A DNA stretch of 63,924 nucleotides, counting the filler, from Folioceros fuciformis (taxonomy: Eukaryota), in NCBI GenBank assembly GCA_049999805.1. It is 10 parts of 10 records of this genome, joined end to end, with 100 filler letters (N's around TTAATTAATTAA, not from the genome) between each part and the next. Parts side by side here need not be neighbours in the genome. Positions count along the whole stretch, not along the records: positions 34,731 to 40,997 come from JBNGIO010003025.1; positions 41,098 to 45,446 come from JBNGIO010003026.1; positions 45,547 to 51,310 come from JBNGIO010003027.1; 7 more parts are not named here. The stretch is one strand, 5' to 3'. The position numbers and the translations under genes are program-made. Below, piece by piece: positions 37,218-48,500 of this stretch. A model generated the notes under the pieces. The model worked only from the letters and a program-made list of their open reading frames with translations, ran no database searches and was not told the DNA's origin. Numbering within the stretch: the first letter of the stretch is position 1; the number at the start of each line of letters is the position of its first letter.

Positions 37218-37399
37218 CAATAAACTTGACTTAACTTGAACTTGTCATAAACTTGAACTTGAAGTACTTTGAATAGTTTGTGCGCCGGTTGATCGGCGCA
37301 CCATATGCTTCAGTTGAGAAATATCAAGTTTCTAGTAGAAAACTCATTTATTTCATTTATTTTGGTTTTATTGACCTTTGCAGAAAAAAGAATATACGA

Positions 37400-38350
37400 A
37401 TACATGTCGGTGGCGTCATTGTTTGTAAAATTAAATCAAAGGTAGATAAGGAGCGCAGATCACGACAAATGTGAAATGCACAAAACGGGCTTTGTAGAAT
37501 CCGTCTGGGTTAGACCATGTTATATGTGGTTGTGTAATGCTAGAATGATGTCTCATGCAAGGCAGCATACAACTTCAGCTATGGAAGGATTCCATAGATT
37601 TATAAAAGAACGTGTAGCATTTAGCAAGTCAAGTTTGCCTGGCCGTAAACTAGACTGGTTACTACACCAATTAGTGAATGTGGTTGCTCGACATTATTGG
37701 TACCAGCACTTCACAAAAAGAAGGGGGATACAGGCATAACAAGAAGCTGAAGGCTTTGGAGGAAACCGCTATAAAGGGTGCATAAACTATTCCTATTAAC
37801 TCAATTATTTTACCGCATGCCGAAAATGTTGCTGTACATTATTTGTCTTCATCAACCCCTAACTTGTGGTATGTGATTGAATATGTTTACTCTCCTTGGG
37901 CTACATGCTCATGTCCAATGGGGAACAAAGGTTTCATCTGCAAGCATGTGGTGAAAGTTCAACAACTCCTTGGCATATACAAGGATGGTGCAGCAGCATG
38001 TAGGCAAAATGGAAGAAAAAATGAAGTGTATGTTGCTGAAAGTAGTGATACCAATACCTTGGCTATGGCTTTTTGGATGCAGGATCAAGAAGCTCCTCAC
38101 ATTGTGTTGCCTAGTAACCCCTTGGTGGCACCAACATGTAAGACACAATTGGAGATGGCAAAAGAAAAACGGTTGGATTTTATTAAAACAATATGTGCTG
38201 AAGTATGTGATGCCGCATTTGAGCATTCAGATTTAGGTTTTGGGATAGCCTACATTATGGAGCAAACTCAATAGAAGGTGAGACAACTAGTGGCACAGGC
38301 ATATGAAAAACCTCAACGGAAACTAGTGTTGGAAACTTTTGCTGAGAATG
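37400..38350 (+). mobile_element. Degenerate Mutator-like (MULE) transposase C-terminus with SWIM zinc finger
   Basis: HTTSAMEGFHRFIK...GRKLDWLLHQL...HYWY, then ATCSCPMGNKGFICKHVVKV (CxC-x7-CxH, SWIM); several stops; no TIRs identified. Confidence 0.7.
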
Positions 38351-39168
38351 AGGGTACGAACAGATTGAAACGATATGTTGGTTTGGAGGAAGTTGTGTGT
38401 AAGAAGAAAAAGAAGATGAGGTGGAACATAGGCAGTTGACAAAGGGTGGATTGATAATCTGAAATAGGCTTTTGATTTTAGAAGCTGAGGAATCCACTTT
38501 TGTAGGGTGCTAAGAGGAGATAGCAGATAGCAATCAGTTTTGATCGGGTCAATTACGCTTTTTGTCTTAGAAGGTCAGAATCCACTCTTCTGGTTTTAGA
38601 AGGTGAGAATTTGGCTCAATGCCAGCAGCATGCACTATGTACAGCAACTCCTCCAAACCCAGTGAGGAAACTTAAGCACTAAAGCTTGTTGTAAGAGGTG
38701 CCCATTCCCTACCACCACCGATCATGTTGATCAAACATGCTTCTGCCGCAGCTTCTGCCACCTTCTCGGGACCGAACCTAGAGTTGCACATGTTTGTGAA
38801 GGATCGCATGTGCTTCATGCCATACTCGGCCAGCGAGCCGCACTCACTCTTTTAAGCCTGCACCTACATTCATGCATCCAGACATCCAAATTAACCTCAA
38901 ATCTTTGTGAAAGAGAAAACGAAACATTACGAAGACCAGCTCCAGCTATTGCCCACTTACCGCGGCCTTGAGGCACTGCCAGTCGTCAACAAGAGGCAAG
39001 GCTGGCTTCTGTAATGCTGCCAACATTTCAGGCCCCCACCCAGACCCAAAGACTAGCTTCCCCATCAAGTTGACATTGGAGTGGATGTGTGCACGCTGAG
39101 ACATTATTCCTGCCATGTCCAGAGCAGCTTTCACTTTGTTCGTCGACCCTTTTCATGAATGCTTGTAC

Positions 39169-40997
39169 TGGAAAATCAATCGCAAAGGGGACAAGGAAGA
39201 GAAGGTGTAGGATCACTAGAGGAGCATGGTGGAGGAGAGGAGAAGAGGAGGCAGAGAGGAGAGGAGAAAAAGAGGTCACATTGAGAGTGGTTGGCAAGGG
39301 AGCTCAAGGGGGTATTTATACCCTCTAGAAGAGCTCCCTAGGAAGCTTCACAAGAAGCTCACAGGAAGCTGCGCAAGAAGCTTCCTACAGATTAGCTTAA
39401 GCTAATCTAAACTAATGATACTTAACTAGACACTAATCTTAGACTAAACACATTAGTCTAAGCACATTAGCTAGACACTAGTCTTAGACTAAACACATTA
39501 GCCTAAGCACATTGGGCTTTAATAACCCTACAACCTCCCACTTAAAGGCCAATTTACCTTCATAAGAGAGTGGTCTAGCTCATGCCCATGAGTGTCCGAG
39601 CTTGTGTGAATTGCTCCGTAGAGAGCCCCTTGGTAAGAACATCTGCAGGGTTCTGACTGGTGTGAACTTTGACAAGCTGTACCCTCTTGTCTTCCAACAC
39701 CTCTCGAATGAAGTGATACTTCACTTCCACATGTTTGGTCTTCGCATGAAACACTGGATTCTTCGCCAATTGAATAGCACTCTGGCTATCACAATGCAAC
39801 ACTGGCAGCACAACCTTGATCCCCAAATCTCCCACTAAATGAGCAAGCCACATGGCTTCCTTGCACGCCTCAATTGCTGCAACATACTCGGCCTTTGTGG
39901 TAGAGAGCGTTATGCACGATTGCAAACGAGATCGCCATGAAACTGGCCCTCCTGTGCACATGAATACATAACCTGATGTGGACCTCCTTTTGTCCATATC
40001 CCCTACATAATCAGCATCCGTATATCCCACGACAGATGCATCTTCACTACCAAAACATAAGCACAAAGCTTTTGTACCATTCAAGTACCTCATAACTCCT
40101 TTCACTGCCTCCCAATGCTTATTGCCAGGGTTTGACATGAACCTGCTAACCACTCCCACTGCAAAAGCAATGTCAGGACGTGTGGCAATCATTGCATACA
40201 TCAAACTCCCTACAGCTGATGAGTATGGAACCTTCTCCATTTCAGCTTTATCCTCCGCAGAACTTGGGCAATCCTTGCTCAAAAGTTTCACATATGGAGG
40301 CAACAGAGTACTTAAGACCTTCCCCTTCTCCATATTGAAACGTTGAAGCACCTTGTTAATGTATTCTGTCTGAGACAAGTACATCAAACGCTTCTGTCTG
40401 TCTCGACGAATACGCATGCCAAGAATATGGCTTGCCTCCCCCAAGTCTGTCATGTCAAAGCGACCATTCAACTTTGACTGCAACGCTGAAATCTCATCAC
40501 TGTTAGTCCCAGCAATTAGCATATCATCCACATAGAGGACTAGAATGAGCAAGCTTCCATCCTTAGCTTGCTTCGTATAGAGGCAATGATCCATATCGCT
40601 ACGCTTGTAGCCTTGAGAAAGCATAAATGAGTGGAACTTGAAATACCACTCCTTGGGTGCCTGCTTCAAACCATAAAGGCTCTTCTTTAACTTGCACACC
40701 AGACTCTCTTTGCCCTCCTTAATGAAACCCTCTGGTTGCTGCATGTATACCTCTTCCTGGAGATCACCATGCAGAAATGCCGACTTCACATCCATCTGGA
40801 CAAGTTCCATGTCGTTCCTCGCAACCAGACCAAGAACACATCTCAAGGTAGTCATTTTGACAACTGGTGAGAAAATCTCATCAAAGTCAATACCTTGCTG
40901 TTGCTTAAAACCTTTAGCAACCAATCGTGCCTTGTACTTGGGTTTGCCATAATGGGGTATGTCCTTCATCTTATACACCCATTTGCATGGCAACGCC
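39169..40997 (-). mobile_element. Tnt1/Tork-like copia RT-RNase H with PPT and 3' LTR (~39532 down to 39169)
   Basis: Open 472-aa frame with KARLVAKGF, LYVDDML, YTDADY, AKTKHVEVKYHF. LTR start tgtagggttattaaagccc is shared with 45400; candidate CA end at 39169. Confidence 0.94.
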
Positions 40998-41097
40998 NNN
41001 NNNNNNNNNNNNNNNNNNNNNNNNNNNNNNNNNNNNNNNNNTTAATTAATTAANNNNNNNNNNNNNNNNNNNNNNNNNNNNNNNNNNNNNNNNNNNN

Positions 41098-44000
41098 AGG
41101 CGTTGACAAGTGCCAATCGCGGCTAGCGGATACCAATCCCGCGGACGAGCGAGGCTACGAAGCCGAATCGCAGATTGTCGTCACATGTGAAAGTCGCTAA
41201 TGCCAGACACTAGATTGCAAGTGCCAGAGCACCAACATCGAGGGCGAAGACGGGAGCTAGTTGGGATCCCGACCGCAAGGTGGAATCTGATCTCAACGGA
41301 GGATTTAGGTTTGACGTGTCATCCTAAATTGTGAACAGAAGAATCGGAACAAGGGTAACAAAATCTACATTACATTTCGACAGTTTCTAACTAGAGTTTT
41401 GCTTGATTTGCATCGATTTTGAAACATGGCATCCTCAGAAAACGTCATGTTCAATATCGAGAAGTTAGATGGTACTAACTTCCCGTTCTGGAAAGAACAG
41501 GTGTATAATGTTCTAGTGTAGAAGAAGCAAATCAAGCCGATAAAGTTGCTAGGAGTGAAACCTGTTAGCATGACTCAGGATGAGCGGCAGGACCTAGATG
41601 AGCTTGCTAGGTCTACGATCATGCTAATATTGTCGAAGTCGGTCTACTTCAACGTGAAAGACAAGACCACAAGTTACGAGCTCTTGTAGAAGTTGTATGA
41701 CCTGTACGAGAAGCAAAGTGCGGCTTCTCAGGTGTACTGGTTGAAATAGCTGGTGGACTTGAAGATGAAGGAAGGGACAAGAATGTCCGATCATCTGAAC
41801 GAGTTCAATACCATTTTCAGCTAGCTCTCATCGCAAGGTATCTCGTTCCCAGATCCCGTGAGAGCTATGTTTCTATTGGTCACATTACCAAAGAGTTGGG
41901 ACACGTTTCGTACAGCTCTGAGTAATTCCGCTCCTGCCAGTGGTCTTACCGTTGTAAATGTAGAAGGTAGCTTGTTAACAGAGGAGGTGAACATGAAGAA
42001 TATGGAACCTTCGAAAGGTTTCAATGCCCTCATGGTGAGAAGAAGGTCCACTTCTAAGGGGAAGAACAAGGAGCAAAGTTCTTCCCGTAGCAAATCTCGT
42101 AGTCGTAATAATGTTGAGTGTTACCATTGTCACAAGAAGGGTCACATCAGGAAGGACTGCGAGAAGTTCAAAAAGGACATAGGAAAGGAGAAGAAGCAAA
42201 CCGACACCAAGGCAAGTCCGAGTACCAAGCCTGCCGAGGTGAATTCTGTTGACAATGGAGATGTTCATATCTCGTCTTCCTTCAATTTTGCACAACTGAC
42301 AGCCGTAGAGTCACTTATTCTCTAATTAGATAATTGACTCTGGAGCATCTTTTCATGTTACTCCGCATAGGGAGTGGTTTAGCACCTATGATGCTACTAG
42401 GAAAGGATGTGTTCGGCTTGGAAATAACTACGCATGCGAGATTGCAGGCGTTGGTGATGTGCAGCTGAAGTTCGACAACGGATCTTCATTCGTAATGAGA
42501 GATGTTAGGCATGTTCCGAAGTTGACAAAGAGCATGATTAGTGTAGAGCAGTTGGATGATGCGGGCTACCACTGTTGGTTTGGAGATCATTCTTGGAAGA
42601 CCTCCAAAGGTTCTCTTGTGTTAGCTCGTGGAACGAAGTGTGGCACTTTGTACTCACTTTAGGTCACCACTGTCAAGGATCATGTGATTTGTGTAACGGA
42701 ACAGCCAAGTGTTTCCTTGTGGCATAATCAGTTAGGACATATGTCTCAAAAAGGAATGAAGATACTATCTCGTTTTGGTTACGTCCTTGCTTTTGACGTC
42801 TCCGATTTCTCCGTGTGTGAGCACTATTTGTATGGGAAACAGAGGAAGTCACCACATGGAGCAAGAGGTAAACACAAAAGTAAACCTTTTGAGTTGGTTC
42901 ACAGTGACGTTTGTAGACCTATGCCCACTGTATCGTTAGGCAGTGCATCTTATTTTGTCACTTTCATTGATGACTTTTCACGCAAGGTGTGGGTTTATCC
43001 TTTGAGGAAAAAGGATGATGTTCTGACAGTGTTTCAGAAATTCATCACCCTTGTGGAGACTCAATCTGGCCTCCGACTGAAGTGTCTAAGGACAGACAAT
43101 GGGGGAGAGTATGTCTCGAAGGCTTTCTAGTCATTCTGTGATTCTAAGGGAATCAAGAGAGAATCAAATGCGCCGTATACTCCTCCCCAGAATGGTGTGG
43201 CTGAACGGATGAACAGGACCGTCCAGGAGCGGATGCGTAGTTTATTGTCAAACTTTGGATTGCCTAACGGATTTTGGGCCGAAGCAATGACTACTACGGT
43301 GCATCTTATTAACAGGTCTCCTAATAGGGCTGTGGATGAGCAGGTTCCGGAGGAGATGTGGTCTAGAAAGAAGCCGTCATACAAGCATCTACGAGTGTTT
43401 GGCTGCGAGGCATACTACCATGTTCCTAAGGAGTTTCGGGACAAGTTGGCACCCAAGTCCAAGAAATGTATTTTTCTTGGCTATGGTGAATCTGGTGAGA
43501 TGGGATACCGTCTGTGGGATCCAGAGGCCAAGAGAATGGTTCGCAGTAATGACATGTTCTTCAATGAGACCAAGATGCACAAGAAGCCTACTCCAACTAT
43601 GGAGGTGCGACGGGTGGTGTTTCAAGAAGATGGATTTGACCGTCCTGCGCAGGTTGAACGTCGTGATGTGCTCCTAGGAACAAGTTCCTCCACTTGTACA
43701 AGAGGAGAGAGTGCAACCAACTCCGGTCGAGGCGCCATTGCTTCGTAGGTCAGGAAGGATCTCACGTCCTCCTGACAGGTATGTTACATCTCTTGATTAT
43801 GTCATGATGACGGATTGTGGGGAGCCCTCTTGTTACCAAGAGGCCATGTCAGTGACTGACAAGGACAAGTGGGAGGAAGCGATGCAGTCGTAGATGGATT
43901 CACTCCACAAGAACCAAACTTGGGAGTTGGTTCGGTTGCCTAAGGGCAAGAAGGCGTTGCCATGCAAATGGGTGTATAAGATGAAGGACATACCCCATTA

Positions 44001-45446
44001 TGGCAAACCTAAGTACAAGGCACGATTGGTTGCGAAGGGTTTTAAGCAACAGCAAGGTATTGACTTTGATGAAATTTTCTCACCGGTTGTCAAGATGACC
44101 ACCTTACGATGTGTTATTGGTCTGGTTGCGAGGAATGACATGGAACTTGTCAAGATGGATGTGAAGTCGGCATTTCTGCATGGTGATCTCCAGGAAGAGG
44201 TATATATGCAGCAACCAGAGGGTTTCATTGAGAAGGGCAAAGAGAATCTGGTTGCAGGTTAAAGAAGAGCCTTTATGGTTTGAAGCAGGCACCCAGGGAG
44301 TGGTATTACAAGTTCCACTCGTTTATGCTTTCTCAAGGCTACAAGCGTAGCGAGGAGGATCATTGCCTCTTTGCAAAGCAAGCTAAGGATGCTAGTCCTC
44401 TATGTGGATGATATGCTAATTGCTGGGAATAGCAGTGATGAGATTTCAGCATTGAAGTCAAAGTTGAATACTCGCTTTGACATGACAGACTTGGGAGAGG
44501 CAAGCCATATTCTTGGTATGCGTATTCGTCGAGACCGACATAAGCATTTGTTTACTTATCTCAGATTGTATACATTAACAAGGTGCTTCAACATTTCAAC
44601 TTGGAGAAGGGGAAGGTATTGAGTACTCCGTTGCCTCCATATGTGAAACTTTCCAGCAAGGATTGCCCAAGCTCTGCGGAGGACAAAGCTGAAATGGAGA
44701 AGGTTCCATACTCATCAGCTGTAGGGAGTTTGATGTATGCGATGATTGCTACACGTCCTCACATTGCCTTTGCAGTGGGAGTGGTTAGCAAGTTTATGTC
44801 AAACCCTGGTAGGAAGCATTGGGAAGTAGTGAAAGGAGTTATGAGGTACTTGAATGGTACGAAAGCTTTGTGCTTATGTTTTAGTAGTGAAGGTGCATCT
44901 GTCGTGGGATATACGGATGCTGATTATGCAGGGGATATGGACAAAAGGAGGTCCACACCAGGTTATGTCTTCATGTGCATAGGAGGGGCAGTTTCATGGC
45001 GATAGCGTTTGCAATCGTGCATAATGCTATCTACCACAGAGGCCGAGTAAGTTGCAACGACTGAGGCGTGCAAGGAAGCCATGTGGCTTGCTCGTTTAGT
45101 GGGAGATTTGGGGATAAGGTTGAGCTGCCAGTGTTGCATTGTGATAGCCAGAGTGCTATCCAATTGGCGAAGAATCCAGTGTTTCATGCGAAGACCAAAC
45201 ATGTGGAAGTGAAGTATCACTTCATTCGAGAGGTGTTGGAAGACAAGAGGGTACAACTTGTCGAAGTTCACACCAGTCAGAACCCTGCAGATGTTCTTAC
45301 CAAGGGGCTCTCTACGAAGCAATTCGCACAAGCTCAAACACTCATGGGCATGAGGTAGTCACTGTCCTTTGAGGGCAAATTGACCTTTAAGAGGGCTGTT
45401 GTAGGGTTATTAAAGCCCAATGTGCCTAGACTAATGTGTTTAGTCT
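41098..45446 (+). mobile_element. Tnt1/Tork-like copia element, near full-length internal region, many stops
   Basis: Gag from 41426 (IEKLDGTNFPFWK); CYHCHKKGHIRKDC; IDSGASFH; VHSDVC; RT and RH very similar to 39575-40993; 3' LTR starts at 45400. Confidence 0.95.
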
Positions 45447-45546
45447 NNNNNNNNNNNNNNNNNNNNNNNNNNNNNNNNNNNNNNNNNNNNTTAATTAATT
45501 AANNNNNNNNNNNNNNNNNNNNNNNNNNNNNNNNNNNNNNNNNNNN

Positions 45547-48500
45547 CTAACTGCATCCAAGTGCGGTTTCCTTGGGTTCTGCATTAATTGACTGTTGAAA
45601 GGGATAACCGTACACTGGTCAACTAACCGGCTAGGTTAGGGTTCGGTGGATAGTACTTCGAAACTATATTTAAAGATCCTTTTTTGTTCTTTATCAACAC
45701 TTAATCATTTGGATAGTTTGTATGCTAATGCCTCTCGCCCTCCGGCTCTCGCACCCCGCTGTCTACAAACTTAATATGGTATCAGAGTTTCTCTGGTTCT
45801 GATGTCCCTCTCTCGTTGCTAAGTATGCCTCGGCGAGGCGGTTCCGTCAATCAGGGGCGCGGATCGCATTTCTACAAGTGCGATAATCAGCGCCAATTTC
45901 CCAAGACGGTCCCGGCTGAAATTAACGCCCTGGCATACTATCTGGCAGGAGGAACAGGTCACGATCCCTACTGGTCACAAGACCGGGAGCGTGCTGAATT
46001 ACTTCGGCGATTCTACCGGCAAGACCAAATTTCTGGGAATCAGAGGAAAGGCAGGCGGCATCGGCAATCTTACACTCCTTTTGCCCCGGATTCCTTCTGC
46101 GCAGCACCCAGGGAGGTCCTTCCAGGCAATCCGTCAAATTACGTAGGCGGAGACCCTGTGCAAGGCCTTCACTGCAGCGCGGTCCCCCGCCAACTCAACT
46201 TTCCCATCCATGAGACCTGTACCTCCACAGACCACAGCCATACGAGAATTCTCGTCAATGAAATGAAGCATTTGGCTGAGCAATTGACGACGAAGATCAA
46301 GGAATTCACTGATTACCTGCTGAGATTGGAGATTGCTGACGGCATCCCGCAGGCATCAGTGCTTCCCGATCATCCACATTCCGCTGCCTGAGAGCCGGGA
46401 GGTGCGAAGCGCCGCGTTTGCTACCGCGACTCTTCGGCCTGTGAGGACGGCTGGCGGAACGGCGCGTCCACGTTGCCGAAGGTGTGAGAGCGAGATCTGA
46501 AGGCCGCGCACCACCGGGTACAGAGTCGCTGTCGGTTGGCGTTGCCCCTAAGCCAACAGACAGTACCTAACTGGAAGGCGGGATTACTGAGGAAGGAGCC
46601 GTCCAGCCACACACGACGAGCCAGCCAACTCCTGCTAGTTGTCTGGTCCTCCCTGTGTGCCTGGACAGCACCCTCCCTTGCAATCCCACTGGTTAGCGCA
46701 CTACAATCAATAGTGTAGTGTTACACATACCCTCTTTCCTTCCGTAGGTCGTCACCTCCAGAAGGGAATCGTTGCGTATGACAGACAGCTCTGCGTCCTC
46801 TGACGTCGGCAGCGACCCTCCTCACCCTGGTTTTCTAGATTCCTTGGTGGATCAACTCTCTGCCCAGTTGCACGCGCTAGTGTTAGTACCACAGATGGGT
46901 ACCAATCCCACACAACCGCCTCCTCCACCTCCTCCTCCACCACCCCTTCCTGCAAACCCGGTTTGGCATCGGTCAGCACCTCTCCCCACCTTTACCTCAG
47001 ACATGAAAGAGAAGGACCGCTTTAACGGCACCAAATACCCAGTATGGAAGGTGCGCATGCGATCTGCTCTCGAGGCTCGAGGAGTTTGGGGGGTTGTGGA
47101 CCAGTCAGTTCCGGAGCCGGACCCCAACAGCAGTCCTCCACCATCCGCACTTGCTGTGGAGCGTTGGCAGTCCCTCAACTCTATCGCTCTTGCTTTCTTG
47201 ATAAATGGCCTTGATGAAGACCTTGTACCTACAGTGGAATTCCACACACGAGCACATCAAGTTTGGGATCAGCTCGCGAGTACATATCAAGTCAAAAATT
47301 TGATGTCCCTCTGTGCTGTAAGACAGGAATTTTACACGTTGAAGATGAGAGAGGGGGAGAAGATGGCTGCTCACATCACCAAGTTTCGTCAACTCCGATC
47401 TCAACTCTTGAGCATGGGTACGAAAATGGATGAGTTGGATGCAGCCGCTCACCTCCTCACAACGTTGCCACCGTCGTACCAAGGCTTCATCACTACGCAG
47501 AATATTCCCTACCTGACTGCCTCAGCTGGCCGGACCTCCACCTATACAGTCGACACCCTCATCGGAGCACTGTTTCAGGAGGAACAAGCCAGGAGTCACT
47601 CATCTGGGGGCTCACGCTCCAAGGGAGACAAAATTCTGTCGGCAAGACATACACCTAACAGAGGCAAGGGTAAGTTTCAGGGTACCCAGAAGTCTGATTC
47701 CAGTTCTGGTAACCCACCTAAGCGGACAGGGACTTGTAACTGGTGCGGGATTGCTGGGCACTAGGCCCGTGAGTGCAAGAAAAAGAGGGCTGGTGAGCCG
47801 CAGCGAACTCCTAAGAATTCGGCTAGTGTCGTTAAGGAGAAATCCAGCGACACTAAAAATGTGGTCAAGATACTTACAGTTTGCTTGACAAGTTCTTGTC
47901 TGGACATGGAAAGCTGGTACCTTGATTCCGGTGCCACGGCTCATATCTGTCGGAACAAGACTCATTTCATCTCACTGACCTTATGTTGTGAGAACGACAA
48001 GGTGTTTCTAGGAGATGAACAACTTGACAGCAGCCTGCAAGTTAAGGGACAAGGCAAAGTTACTTTCAGACTGAAGGACGGTTCAGATCTTACTCTTGAA
48101 CGTGTTTTGTACGTACCTGACATGGCTAAAAATCTGTTGTCCATGAGCCAGCTTCTCAAGCTACGGACGATTGAAATGAGAGCCACCGGTGATACGTGCA
48201 CCTTCTACAGGAAGGCAGCGCCCGACATTTCTATCTTCCAGGGTTTCCTTGAAGATGATCTGTATTGCCTTGACCTCTTACCCGTTAAGACTGCCACAGT
48301 CCACAGTACTGGATTAGCTAATATGGACACCAAACAGTTGGCTATGTTATGGCATGCGAGACTGGGACATCCCAACAAACAGAAATTGTTGGACATGTCT
48401 GTTAAACAGTGTTTTAGGGAACCACTTCCCCGCTGTTTTAAGGACTTACCATCCTGCGAGGCATGCATAATAGCCAAACAAAAGGAGCACCCTTTTCCTT

